The position numbers were made by a program, and so were the translations under genes. Positions 15,001 through 30,000 of a DNA stretch of 64,000 bases are shown piece by piece. This DNA is from Eledone cirrhosa. Taxonomy: Eukaryota. The stretch's first letter is position 1; each line of letters opens with the position of its first letter. The stretch covers positions 280,736,001 through 280,800,000 of the forward strand of contig OZ024743.1 of assembly GCA_964016885.1 (NCBI GenBank). Reading direction: 5' to 3'. Below the pieces are notes generated by a model that saw only the letters and a list, made by a program, of their open reading frames with translations, ran no database searches and had not been told where the DNA came from.

Positions 15001-18000
15001 TATGTTTGTGGCCATGGTGTTTATGTCTGGGTAGGTAGATATGTTTGTGACCATGGTGTTCATGTCTGGGTAGATATGTTTGTGACCATGGTGTGTATGT
15101 CGGGGTAGATATGTTTGTGACCATGGTGTGCATGTCTGGGTAGATATGTTTGTGACCATGGTGTGTATGTCGGGGTAGATATGTTTGTGGCTACCGTGTG
15201 TATGTCGGGGTAGATATGTTTGTGGCTACGGTGTGTATGTCTGGGTAGATATGTTTGTGGCCATGGTGTGCATGTCTGGGTAGATATGTTTGTGGCCATG
15301 GTGTGTATGTCGGGGTAGATATGTTTGTGGCTACGGTGTGTATGTCGGGGTAGATATGTTTGTGGCTACGGTGTGTATGTCTGGGTCGATATGTTTGTGG
15401 CCATGGTGTGTATGTCTGGGTAGATATGTTTGTGGCCATGGTGTGTATGTCTGGGTAGATATGTTTGTGGCCATGGTGTGTATGTCTGGGTAGATATGTT
15501 TGTGGCTACGGTGTATATGTAGGGGTAGATATGTTTTTGACCATGGTGTGTATGTCGGGGTATATATGTTTGTGGCTACGGTGTGTATGTCGGGGTAGAT
15601 ATGTTTGTGACCACGGTGTGTATGTCTGTGTAGGTATGTTTGTGGCTACGGTGTGTATGTCGGGGTAGACATGGTTGTGGCCATGGTGTGTATGTCTGGG
15701 TAGATATGTTTGTGGCCATGGTGTGTATGTCTGGCTAGATATGTTTGTGGCCATGGTGTGTATGTCTGGGTAGATATGTTTGTGGCTACGGTGTGCATGT
15801 CTGGGTAGTTATGTTTGTGACCATGGTGTGTATGTCTGGGTAGATATGTTTTTGACCACGGTCTGTATGTCTGGGTAGATATGTTTGTGGCTACGGTGTG
15901 TATGTCTGGGTAGATATGTTTGTGGCCATGGTGTGTATGTCTGGGTAGATATGTTTGTGGCCATGGTGTGTATGTCTGGGTAGATATGTTTGTGACCATG
16001 GTGTGTATATCTGGGTAGATATGTTTGTGCTACGGTGTGTATGTCTGGGTAGATATGTTTGTGGCCATGGTGTGTATGGCTGGGTAGATATGTTTGTGAC
16101 TACGGTGTGTATGTCCGGGTAAATATGTTTGTGGCTACGGAGTGTATGTCTGGGTAGATATGTTTGTGGCTACGGTGTGTATGTCTGGGTAGATATGTTT
16201 GTGGCCATGGTGTGCATGTCTGGGTAGATATGTTTGTGGCTACGGTGTGTATGTCTGGGTAGATATGTCTGTGGCTACGGTGTGTATGTCGAGGTAGATA
16301 TGTTTGTGGCTATGGTGTGTATGTCTGGGTAGATATGTTTGTGGCTACGGTGTGTATGTCTGGGGAGATATGTTTGTGGCTACGGTGTGTATGTCTGGGT
16401 AGATATGTTTGTGGCTACGGTGTGTATATCTGGGTAGATATGTTTGTGCTACGGTGTGTATGTCTGGGTAGATATGTTTGTGGCCATGGTGTGCATGTCT
16501 GGGTAGATATGTTTGAGGCCATGGTGTGCATGTCTGGGTAGATATGTTTGTGGCCACGGTGTGTATGTCTGGGTAGATATGTTTGTGACCATGGTGTGTA
16601 TGTCTGGGTAGATATGTTTGTGGCTACGGTGTGCATGTCTGGGTAGATATGTTTGTGACCATGGTGTGTATGTCTGGGTAGATATGTTTGTGGCTACGGT
16701 GTGCATGTCTGGGTAGATATGTTTGTGGCCATGGTGTGCATGTCTGGGTAGATATGTTTGTGGCCATGGTGTGTATGTCTGGGTAGATATGTTTGTGACC
16801 ATGGTGTGCATGTCTGTGTAGATATGTTTGTGACCATGGTGTGTATGTCGGAGTAGATATGTTTGTGACCATGGTGTGCATGTCTGGGTAGATATGTTTG
16901 TGGCCATGGTGTGTATGTCTGGGTAGGTAGATATGTTTGTGACCATGGTGTTCATGTCTGGGTAGATATGTTTGTGACCATGGTGTGTATGTCGGGGTAG
17001 ATATGTTTGTGGCCACGGTGTGTATGTCTGGGTAGATATGTTTGTGGCCATGGTGTGTATGTCTGGGTAGATATGTTTGTGACCATGGTGTGTATGTCTG
17101 GGTAGATATGTTTGTGACCATGGTGTGTATGTCGGGGTAGATATGTTTGTGGCTACGGTGTGTATGTCGGGGTAGATATGTTTGTGGCTACGGTGTGTAT
17201 GTCTGGGTAGATATGTTTGTGGCCATGGTGTGCATGTCTGGGTAGATATGTCTGTGGCTACGGTGTGTATGTCGGGGTAGATATGTTTGTGGCTATGGTG
17301 TGTATGTCTGGGTAGATATGTTTGTGGCTACGGTGTGTATGTCTGGGGAGATATGTTTGTGGCTACGGTGTGTATGTCTGGGTAGATATGTTTGTGGCTA
17401 CGGTGTGTATATCTGGGTATATATGTTTGTGCTACGGTGTGTATGTCTGGGTAGATATGTTTGTGGCTACGGTGTGTATGTCTGGGGAGATATGTTTGTG
17501 GCCATGGTGTGTATATCTGGGTAGATATGTTTGTGGCTACGATGTGTATGTCTGGGTAGATATGTTTGTGGCCACGGTGTGCATGTCTGGGTAGATATGT
17601 TTGTGGCCATGGTGTGCATGTCTGGGTAGATATGTTTGTGGCCACGGTGTGTATGTCTGGGTAGATATGTTTGTGACCATGGTGTGTATGTCTGGGTAGA
17701 TATGTTTGTGGCTACGGTGTGCATGTCTGGGTAGATATGTTTGTGACCATGGTGTGTATGTCTGGGTAGATATGTTTGTGGCTACGGTGTGCATGTCTGG
17801 GTAGATATGTTTGTGGCCATGGTGTACATGTCTGGGTAGATATGTTTGTGGCCATGGTGTGTATGTCTGGGTAGATATGTTTGTGGCCATGGTGTGTATG
17901 TCTGGGTAGATATGTTTGTGACCATGGTGTGCATGTCTGGGTAGATATGTTTGTGACCATGGTGTGTATGTCTGAGTAGATATGTTTGTGGCCATGGTGT

Positions 18001-21000
18001 GTATGTCTGGGTAGGTAGATATGTTTGTGACCATGGTGTTCATGTCTGGGTAGATATGTTTGTGACCATGGTGTGCATGTCTGGGTAGATATGTTTGTGG
18101 CCATGGTGTGCATGTCTGGGTAGATATGTTTGTGGCCATGGTGTGTATGTCTGGGTAGATATGTTTGTGGCCATGGTGTGTATGTCTGGGTAGATATGTT
18201 TGTGACCATGGTGTGCATGTCTGGGTAGATATGTTTGTGACCATGGTGTGTATGTCGGGGTAGATATGTTTGTGACCATGGTGTGCATGTCTGGGTAGAT
18301 ATGTTTGTGGCCATGGTGTTTATGTCTGGGTAGGTAGATATGTTTGTGACCATGGTGTTCATGTCTGGGTAGATATGTTTGTGACCATGGTGTGTATGTC
18401 GGGGTAGATATGTTTGTGACCATGGTGTGCATGTCTGGGTAGATATGTTTGTGACCATGGTGTGTATGTCGGGGTAGATATGTTTGTGGCTACCGTGTGT
18501 ATGTCGGGGTAGATTTGTTTGTGGCTACGGTGTGTATGTCTGGGTAGATATGTTTGTGGCCATGGTGTGCATGTCTGGGTAGATATGTTTGTGGCCATGG
18601 TGTGTATGTCGGGGTAGATATGTTTGTGGCTACGGTGTGTATGTCGGGGTAGATATGTTTGTGGCTACGGTGTGTATGTCGGGGTAGATATATTTGTGGC
18701 CATGGTGTGTATGTCTGGGTAGATATGTTTGTGGCCATGGTGTGTATGTCTGGGTAGATATGTTTGTGACCATGGTGTGCATGTCTGGGTAGATATGTTT
18801 GTGGTCATGGTGTGTATGTCGGGGTAGATATGTTTGTGGCTACGGTGTGTATGTCGGGGTAGATATGTTTGTGGCTACGGTGTGTATGTCTGGGTCGATA
18901 TGTTTGTGGCCATGGTGTGTATGTCTGGGTAGATATGTTTGTGGCCATGGTGTGTATGTCTGGGTAGATATGTTTGTGGCCATGGTGTGTATGTCTGGGT
19001 AGATATGTTTGTGGCTACGGTGTATATGTCGGGGTAGATATGTTTTTGACCATGGTGTGTATGTCGGGGTAGATATGTTTGTGGCTACGGTGTGTATGTC
19101 GGGGTAGATATGTTTGTGACCACGGTGTGTATGTCTGTGTAGATATGTTTGTGGCTACGGTCTGTATGTCGGGGTAGACATGGTTGTGGCCATGATGTGT
19201 ATGTCTGGGTAGATATGTTTGTGGCCATGGTGTGTATGTCTGGCTAGATATGTTTGTGGGCATCGTGTGTATGTCTGGGTAGATATGTTTGTGGCTACGG
19301 TGTGCATGTCTGGGTAGTTATGTTTGTGACCATGGTGTGTATGTCTGGGTAGATATGATTTTGACCACGGTGTGTATGTCTGGGTAGATATGTTTGTGGC
19401 TACGGTGTGTATGTCTGGGTAGATATGTTTGTGGCCATGGTGTGTATGTCTGGGTAGATATGTTTGTGGCCATGGTGTGTATGTCTGGGTAGATATGTTT
19501 GTGACCATGGTGTGTATATCTGGGTAGATATGTTTGTGGCTACGGTGTGCATGTCTGGGTAGATATGTTTGTGACCATGGTGTGTATGTCTGGGTAGATA
19601 TGTTTGTGGCTACGGTGTGCATGTCTGGGTAGATATGTTTGTGGCCATGGTGTACATGTCTGGGTAGATATGTTTGTGGCCATGGTGTGTATGTCTGGGT
19701 AGATATGTTTGTGGCCATGGTGTGTATGTCTGGGTAGATATGTTTGTGACCATGGTGTGCATGTCTGGGTAGATATGTTTGTGACCATGGTGTGTATGTC
19801 TGAGTAGATATGTTTGTGGCCATGGTGTGTATGTCTGGGTAGGTAGATATGTTTGTGACCATGGTGTTCATGTCTGGGTAGATATGTTTGTGACCATGGT
19901 GTGCATGTCTGGGTAGATATGTTTGTGGCCATGGTGTGCATGTCTGGGTAGATATGTTTGTGGCCATGGTGTGTATGTCTGGGTAGATATGTTTGTGGCC
20001 ATGGTGTGTATGTCTGGGTAGATATGTTTGTGACCATGGTGTGCATGTCTGGGTAGATATGTTTGTGACCATGGTGTGTATGTCGGGGTAGATATGTTTG
20101 TGACCATGGTGTGCATGTCTGGGTAGATATGTTTGTGGCCATGGTGTTTATGTCTGGGTAGGTAGATATGTTTGTGACCATGGTGTTCATGTCTGGGTAG
20201 ATATGTTTGTGACCATGGTGTGTATGTCGGGGTAGATATGTTTGTGACCATGGTGTGCATGTCTGGGTAGATATGTTTGTGACCATGGTGTGTATGTCGG
20301 GGTAGATATGTTTGTGGCTACCGTGTGTATGTCGGGGTAGATTTGTTTGTGGCTACGGTGTGTATGTCTGGGTAGATATGTTTGTGGCCATGGTGTGCAT
20401 GTCTGGGTAGATATGTTTGTGGCCATGGTGTGTATGTCGGGGTAGATATGTTTGTGGCTACGGTGTGTATGTCGGGGTAGATATGTTTGTGGCTACGGTG
20501 TGTATGTCGGGGTAGATATATTTGTGGCCATGGTGTGTATGTCTGGGTAGATATGTTTGTGGCCATGGTGTGTATGTCTGGGTAGATATGTTTGTGACCA
20601 TGGTGTGCATGTCTGGGTAGATATGTTTGTGGTCATGGTGTGTATGTCGGGGTAGATATGTTTGTGGCTACGGTGTGTATGTCGGGGTAGATATGTTTGT
20701 GGCTACGGTGTGTATGTCTGGGTCGATATGTTTGTGGCCATGGTGTGTATGTCTGGGTAGATATGTTTGTGGCCATGGTGTGTATGTCTGGGTAGATATG
20801 TTTGTGGCCATGGTGTGTATGTCTGGGTAGATATGTTTGTGGCTACGGTGTATATGTCGGGGTAGATATGTTTTTGACCATGGTGTGTATGTCGGGGTAG
20901 ATATGTTTGTGGCTACGGTGTGTATGTCGGGGTAGATATGTTTGTGACCACGGTGTGTATGTCTGTGTAGATATGTTTGTGGCTACGGTCTGTATGTCGG

Positions 21001-24000
21001 GGTAGACATGGTTGTGGCCATGATGTGTATGTCTGGGTAGATATGTTTGTGGCCATGGTGTGTATGTCTGGCTAGATATGTTTGTGGGCATCGTGTGTAT
21101 GTCTGGGTAGATATGTTTGTGGCTACGGTGTGCATGTCTGGGTAGTTATGTTTGTGACCATGGTGTGTATGTCTGGGTAGATATGATTTTGACCACGGTG
21201 TGTATGTCTGGGTAGATATGTTTGTGGCTACGGTGTGTATGTCTGGGTAGATATGTTTGTGGCCATGGTGTGTATGTCTGGGTAGATATGTTTGTGGCCA
21301 TGGTGTGTATGTCTGGGTAGATATGTTTGTGACCATGGTGTGTATATCTGGGTAGATATGTTTGTGCTACGGTGTGTATGTCTGGGTAGATATGTTTGTG
21401 GCCATGGTGTGTATGGCTGGGTAGATATGTTTGTGACTACGGTGTGTATGTCCGGGTAAATATGTTTGTGGCTACGGAGTGTATGTCTGGGTAGATATGT
21501 TTGTGGCTACGGTGTGTATGTCTGGGTAGATATGTTTGTGGCCATGGTGTGCATGTCTGGGTAGATATGTTTGTCGCTACGGTGTGTATGTCTGGGTAGA
21601 TATGTCTGTGGCTACGGTGTGTATGTCGAGGTAGATATGTTTGTGGCTATGGTGTGTATGTCTGGGTAGATATGTTTGTGGCTACGGTGTGTATGTCTGG
21701 GGAGATATGTTTGTGGCTACGGTGTGTATGTCTGGGTAGATATGTTTGTGGCTACGGTGTGTATATCTGGGTAGATATGTTTGTGCTACGGTGTGTATGT
21801 CTGGGTAGATATGTTTGTGGCTTCGGTGTGTATGTCTGGGTAGATATGTTTGTGGCCATGGTGTGCATATCTGGGTAGATATGTTTGTGGCTACGGTGTG
21901 TATGTCGGGGTAGATATGTTTGTGGCTACGGTGTGTATGTTGGGGTAGATATGTTTGTGGCCATGGTGTGCATGTCTGGGTAGATATGTTTGTGACCATA
22001 GTGTGTATGTCGGGGTAGATATGTTTGTGACCATGGTGTGCATGTCTGGGTAGATATGTTTGTGGCCATGGTGTGTATGTCTGGGTAGGTAGATATGTTT
22101 GTGACCATGGTGTTCATGTCTGGTTAGATATGTTTGTGACCATGGTGTGTATGTCGGGGTAGATATGTTTGTGGCCACGGTGTGTATGTCTGGGTAGATA
22201 TGTTTGTGGCCATGGTGTGTATGTCTGGGTAGATATGTTTGTGACCATGGTGTGCATGTCTGGGTAGATATGTTTGTGACCATGGTGTGTATGTCGGGGT
22301 AGATATGTTTGTGGCTACGGTGTGTATGTCGGGGTAGATATGTTTGTGGCTACGGTGTGTATGTCTGGGTAGATATGTTTGTGGCCATGGTGTGCATGTC
22401 TGGGTAGATATGTTTGTGGCCATGGTGTATATGTCGGGGTAGATATGTTTGTGGCTACGGTGTGTATGTCGGGGTAGATATGTTTGTGGCCATGGTGTGT
22501 ATGTCTGGGTAGATATGTTTGTGACCATGGTGTGTATGTCGGGGTAGATATGTTTGTGACCATGGTGTGCATGTCTGGGTAGATATGTTTGTGACCATGG
22601 TGTGTATGTCGGGGTAGATATGTCTGTGGCTACCGTGTGTATGTCGGGGTAGATTTGTTTGTGGCTACGGTGTGTATGTCTGGGTAGATATGTTTGTGGC
22701 CATGGTGTGCATGTCTGGGTAGATATGTTTGTGGCCATGGTGTGTATGTCGGGGTAGATATGTTTGTGGCTACGGTGTGTATGTCGGGGTAGATATGTTT
22801 GTGGCTACGGTGTGTATGTCGGGGTAGATATATTTGTGGCCATGGTGTGTATGTCTGGGTAGATATGTTTGTGGCCATGGTGTGTATGTCTGGGTAGATA
22901 TGTTTGTGGTAATGGTGTGTATGTCGGGGTAGATATGTTTGTGGCTACGGTGTGTATGTCGGGGTAGATATGTTTGTGGCTACGGTGTGTATGTCTGGGT
23001 CGATATGTTTGTGGCCATGGTGTGTATGTCTGGGTAGATATGTTTGTGGCCATGGTGTGTATGTCTGGGTAGATATGTTTGTGGCCATGTTGTGTATGTC
23101 TGGGTAGATATGTTTGTGGCTACGGTGTATATGTCGGGGTAGATATGTTTTTGACCATGGTGTGTATGTCGGGGTAGATATGTTTGTGGCTACGGTGTGT
23201 ATGTCGGGGTAGATATGTTTGTGACCACGGTGTGTATGTCTGTGTATATATGTTTGTGGCTACGGTGTGTATGTCGGGGTAGACATGGTTGTGGCCATGA
23301 TGTGTATGTCTGGGTAGATATGTTTGTGGCCATGGTGTGTATGTCTGGCTAGATATGTTTGAGGGCATGGTGTGTATGTCTGGGTAGATATGTTTGTGGC
23401 TACGGTGTGCATGTCTGGGTAGTTATGTTTGTGACCATGGTGTGTATGTCTGGGTAGATATGTTTTTGACCACGGTGTGTATGTCTGGGTAGATATGTTT
23501 GTGGCTACGGTGTGTATGTCTGGGTAGATATGTTTGTGGCCATGGTGTGTATGTCTGGGTAGATATGTTTGTGACCATGGTGTGTATATCTGGGTAGATA
23601 TGTTTGTGCTACGGTGTGTATGTCTGGGTAGATATGTTTGTGGCCATGGTGTGTATGGCTGGGTAGATATGTTTGTGACTACGGTGTGTATGTCCGGGTA
23701 AATATGTTTGTGGCTACGGAGTGTATGTCTGGGTAGATATGTTTGTGGCTACGGTGTGTATGTCTGGGTAGATATGTTTGTGGCCATGGTGTGCATGTCT
23801 GGGTAGATATGTTTGTGGCTACGGTGTGTATGTCTGGGTAGATATGTCTGTGGCTACGGTGTGTATGTCGAGGTAGATATGTTTGTGGCTATGGTGTGTA
23901 TGTCTGGGTAGATATGTTTGTGGCTACGGTGTGTATGTCTGGGGAGATATGTTTGTGGCTACGGTGTGTATGTCTGGGTAGATATGTTTGTGGCTACGGT

Positions 24001-27000
24001 GTGTATATCTGGGTAGATATGTTTGTGCTACGGTGTGTATGTCTGGGTAGATATGTTTGTGGCTTCGGTGTGTATGTCTGGGGAGATATGTTTGTGGCCA
24101 TGGTGTGTATGTCTGGGTAGATATGTTTGTGGCTACGGTGTGTATGTCTGGGTAGATATGTTTGTGGCCATGGTGTGCATGTCTGGGTAGATATGTTTGT
24201 GGCTACGGTGTGTATGTCGGGGTAGATATGTTTGTGGCTACGGTGTGTATGCTGGGGTAGATATGTTTGTGGCCATGGTGTGCATGTCTGGGTAGATATG
24301 TTTGTGACCATGGTGTGTATGTCGGGGTAGATATGTTTGTGACCATGGTGTGCATGTCTGGGTAGATATGATTGTGGCCATGGTGTGTATGTCTGGGTAG
24401 GTAGATATGTTTGTGACCATGGTGTTCATGTCTGGTTAGATATGTTTGTGACCATGGTGTGTATGTTGGGGTAGATATGTTTGTGGCCACGGTGTGTATG
24501 TCTGGGTAGATATGTTTGTGGCCATGGTGTGTATGTCTGGGTAGATATGTTTGTGACCATGGTGTGCATGTCTGGGTAGATATGTTTGTGACCATGGTGT
24601 GTATGTCGGGGTAGATATGTTTGTGGCTACGGTGTGTATGTCGGGGTAGATATGTTTGTGGCTACGGTGTGTATGTCTGGGTAGATATGTTTGTGGCCAT
24701 GGTGTGCATGTCTGGGTAGATATGTTTGTGGCCATGGTGTATATGTCGGGGTAGATATGTTTGTGGCTACGGTGTGTATGTCGGGGTAGATATGTTTGTG
24801 GCCATGGTGTGTATGTCTGGGTAGATATGTTTGTGGCCATGGTGTGTATGTCTGGGTAGATATGTTTGTGACCATGGTGTGCATGTCTGGGTAGATATGT
24901 TTGTCGCCATGCTGTGTATGTCGGGGTAGATATGTTTGTGGCTACGGTGTGTATGTCGGGGTAGATATGTTTGTGGCTACGGTGTGTATGTCTGGGTCGA
25001 TATGTTTGTGGCCATGGTGTGTATGTCTGGGTAGATATGTTTGTGGCCATGGTGTGTATGTCTGGGTAGATATGTTTGTGGCTACGGTGTGTATGTCTGG
25101 GTAGATATGTTTGTGGCCACGGTATGTATGTCTGGGTAGATATGTTTGTGGCCATGGTGTGCATGTCTGGGTAGATATGTTTGTGGCTACGGTGTGTATG
25201 TCTGGGTAGATATGTTTGTGACCATGGTGTGTATGTCTGGGTAGATATGTTTGTGGCTACGGTGTGTATGTCTGAGTAGATATGTTTGTGGCTACGGTGT
25301 GTATGTCGGGGTAGATATGTTTGTGGCCATGGTGTGTATGTCTGGGTAGATATGTTTGTGACTACGGTGTGTATGTCGGGGTAGATATGTTTGTGGCTAC
25401 GGTGTGTATGTCTGGGTAGATATGTTTGTGGCTACGGTGTGTATGTCGGGGTAGATATGTTTGTGGCTATGGTGTGTATGTCGGGGTAGATATGTTTGTG
25501 GCTACGGTGTGTATGTTGGGGTAGATATGTTTGTGGCCATGGTGTGTATGTCGGGGTAGATATGTTTGTGGCTACGGTGTGTATGTCGGGGTAGATATGT
25601 TTGTGGCTATGGTGTGCATGTCTGGGTAGATATGTTTGTGGCCATGGTGTGTATGTCTGGGTAGATATGTTTGTGACCATGGTGTGCATGTCTGGGTAGA
25701 TATGTTTGTGACAATGGTGTGTATGTCTGGGTAGATATGTTTGTGGCTACGGTGTGCATGTCTGGGTAGATATGTTTGTGACCATGGTGTGTATGTCTGG
25801 GTAGATATGTTTGTGGCTACGGTGTGCATGTCTGGGTAGATATGTTTGTGGCCATGGTGTGCATGTCTGGGTAGATATGTTTGTGGCCATGGTGTGTATG
25901 TCGGGGTAGATATGTTTGTGGCCATGGTGTGTATGTCGGGGTAGATATGTTTGTAACCATGGTGTGCATGTCTGGGTAGATATGTTTGTGGCCATGGTGT
26001 GTATGTCTGGGTAGGTAGATATGTTTGTGACCATGGTGTGCATGTCTGGGTAGATATGTTTGTGGCTACGGTGTGTATGTCTGGGTAGATATGTTTGTGA
26101 CCATGGTGTGTATGTCGGGGTAGATATGTTTGTGGCCATGGTGTGTATGTCGGGGTAGATATGTTTGTGACCATGGTGTGTATGTCGGGGTAGATATGTT
26201 TGTAACCATGGTGTGTATGTCGGGGTAGATATGTTTGTGACCATGGTGTGTATGTCTGGGTAGACATGTTTGTGGCCATGGTGTGTATGTCGGGGTAGAC
26301 ATGTTTGTGGCTACGGTGTGTATGTCTGGGTAGATATGTTTGTGGCTACGGTGTGTATGTCGGGGTAGATATGTTTGTGGCCATGGTGTGTATGTCGGGG
26401 TAGATATGTTTGTGACCATGGTGTGTATGTCGGGGTAGATATGTTTGTGACCATGGTGTATATGTCGGGGTAGATATGTTTGTGACCATGGTGTGTATGT
26501 CGGTGTAGATATGTTTGTGGCCATGGTGTGTATGTCGGGGTAGATATGTTTGTGGCCATGGTGTGTATGTCGCGGTAGATATGTTTGTGACCATGGTGTG
26601 TATGTCGGGGTAGATATGTTTGTGGCTACGGTGTGCATGTCTGGGTAGATATGTTTGTGGCCACGGTGTGTATGTCTGGGTAGACATGTTTGTGATCATG
26701 GTGTGTATGTGTGTGTAGCTATGTTTGTGATAACGGTGTGTATGTCTAGGTAGATATGTTTGTGGCTACGGTGTGTATATCTGGGTAGAAATGTTTGTGC
26801 TACGGTGTACATGTCTGGGTAGATATGTTTGTGGCTACGGTGTGTATGTCTGGGTAGATATGTTTGTGGCCATGGTGTGTATGTCGGGGTAGATATGTTT
26901 TTGACAACGGTGTGTATGTCTGGGTAGATATGTTTGTGGCTACGGTGTGTATATCTGGGTAGATATGTTTGTGCTACGGTGTGCATGTCTGGGTAGATAT

Positions 27001-30000
27001 GTTTGTGGCTACGGTGTGTATGTCGGGGTAGATATGTTTTTGACCATGGTGTGTATGTCGGGGTAGATATGTTTGTGGCTACGGTGTGTATGTCTGGGTC
27101 GATATGTTTGTGGCCATGGTGTGTATGTCTGGGTAGATATGTTTGTGGCCATGGTGTGTATGTCTGGGTAGATATGTTTGTGGCCATGTTGTGTATGTCT
27201 GGGTAGATATGTTTGTGGCTACGGTGTATATGTCGGGGTAGATATGTTTTTGACCATGGTGTGTATGTCGGGGTAGATATGTTTGTGGCTACGGTGTGTA
27301 TGTCGGGGTAGATATGTTTGTGACCACGGTGTGTATGTCTGTGTATATATGTTTGTGGCTACGGTGTGTATGTCGGGGTAGACATGGTTGTGGCCATGAT
27401 GTGTATGTCTGGGTAGATATGTTTGTGGCCATGGTGTGTATGTCTGGCTAGATATGTTTGAGGGCATGGTGTGTATGTCTGGGTAGATATGTTTGTGGCT
27501 ACGGTGTGCATGTCTGGGTAGTTATGTTTGTGACCATGGTGTGTATGTCTGGGTAGATATGTTTTTGACCACGGTGTGTATGTCTGGGTAGATATGTTTG
27601 TGGCTACGGTGTGTATGTCTGGGTAGATATGTTTGTGGCCATGGTGTGTATGTCTGGGTAGATATGTTTGTGACCATGGTGTGTATATCTGGGTAGATAT
27701 GTTTGTGGCCATGGTGTGCATGTCTGGGTAGATATGTTTGTGGCTACGGTGTGTATGTCTGGGTAGTTATGTCTGTGGCTACGGTGTGTATGTCGGGGTA
27801 GATATGTTTGTGGCTATGGTGTGTATGTCTGGGGAGATATGTTTGTGGCTACGGTGTGTATGTCTGGGTAGATATGTTTGTGGCTACGGTGTGTATATCT
27901 GGGTAGATATGTTTGTGCTACGGTGTGTATGTCTGGGTAGATATGTTTGTGGCTACGGTGTGTATGTCTGGGGAGATATGTTTGTGGCCATGGTGTGTAT
28001 GTCTGGGTAGATATGTTTGTGGCTACGGTGTGTATGTCTGGGTAGATATGTTTGTGGCCACGGTGTGCATGTCTGGGTAGATATGTTTGTGGCCATGGTG
28101 TGCATGTCCGGGTAGATATGTTTGTGACCACGGTGTGCATGTCGGGGTAGATATGTTTGTGGCCATGGTGTGTATGTCTGGGTAGATATGTTTGTGGCCA
28201 TGGTGTGTATGTCGGGGTAGATATGTTTGTGGCCATGGTGTGTATGCCTGGGTAGATATGTTTGTGGCTACGGTGTGTATGTCGGGGTAGATATGTTTGT
28301 GGCTACGGTGTGCATGTCTGGGTAGATATGTTTGTGGCCATGGTGCGTATGTCTGGGTAGATATGTTTGTGACCATGGTGTGCATGTCTGGGTTGATATG
28401 TTTGTGACTATGGTGTGCATGTCTGGGTAGATATGTTTGTGGCCACGGTTTATTTGTCTGGGTAGATATGTTTGTGACCATGGTGTGTATGTCTGGGTAG
28501 ATATGTTTGTGGCTACGGTGTGCATGTTTGGGTAGACATGTTTGTGGCCATGGTGTGTATGTCTGGGTAGATATGTCTGTGGCTACGGTGTGTATGTCTG
28601 GGTAGATATGTTTGTGGCCATGGTGTGTATGTCCGGGTAGATATGTTTGTGGCCACGGTGTGTATGTCTGGGTAGATATGTTTGTGGCTACGGTGTGTAT
28701 GTCGGGGTAGATATGTTTGTGGCTACGGTGTGTATGTCTGGGTAGATCTGTTTGTGGCTACGGTGTGTATGTCTGGGTAGTTATGTTTGTGACCATGGTG
28801 TGTATGTCTGGGTAGATATGTTTGTGGCCATGGTGTGTATGTCTGGGTAGATATGTTTGTGGCTACGGTGTGTATGTCTGTGTAGATATGTTTGTGACCA
28901 TGGTGTGTATGTCTGGGTAGATATGTTTGTGGCTACGGTGTGTAAGTAGGGGTAGATATGTTTGTGGCTACGGTGTGTATGTCTGGGTAGATATGTTTGT
29001 GGCCATGGTGTGCATGTCTGGGTAGATATGTTTGTGGCCATGGTGTGTATGTCGGGGTAGATATGTTTGTGGCCATGGTGTGTATGTCTGGGTAGATATG
29101 TCTGTGACCATGGTGTGTATGTCTGGGTAGATATGTTTGTGGCTACGGTGTGTATGTCTGGGTAGATATGTTTGTGGCCATGGTGTGCATGTCTGGGTAG
29201 ATATGTTTGTGGCCATGGTGTGTATGTCGGGGTAGATATGTTTGTGACCATGGTGTGTATGTCGGGGTAGATATGTTTGTGGCTACGGTGTGTATGCCTG
29301 GGTAGATATGTTTGTGGCCATGGTGTGTATGTCTGGGTAGATATGTTTGTGGCTACGGTGTGTATGTCTGGGTAGATATGTTTGTGGCTACGGTGTGTAT
29401 GCCCTGGGTAGATATGTTTGTGGCCATGGTGTGTATGTCTGGGTAGATATGTCTGTGGCCATGGTGTGCATGTCTGGGTAGATATGTTTGTGGCCATGGT
29501 GTGTATGTCTGGGTAGATATGTTTGTGGCCATGGTGTGTATGTCTGGGTAGATATGTTTGTGGCCACGGTGTGTATGTCTGGGTAGATATGTTTGTGGCC
29601 ATGGTGTGTATGTCTGGGTAGATATGTTTGTGGCCACGGTGTGCATGTCGGGGTAGATATGTTTGTGGCCACGGTGTGTATGTCTGGGTAGATATGTTTG
29701 TGATCATGGTGTGTATGTCTGGGTAGATATGTTTGTGGCCACGGTGTGTATGTCGGAGTAGATATGTTTGTGGCCACGGTGTGTATGTCTGGGTAGATAT
29801 GTTTGTGACCATGGTGTGTATGTCTGGGTAGATATGTTTGTGGCCATGGTGTGTATGTCTGGGTAGATATGTTTGTGGCCACGGTGTGTATGTCGGGGTA
29901 GATATGTTTGTGGCCACGGTGTGTATGTCGGGGTAGATATGTTTGTGGCCACGGTGTGTATGTCTGGGTAGATATGTTTGTGGCCACGGTGTGTATGTCT

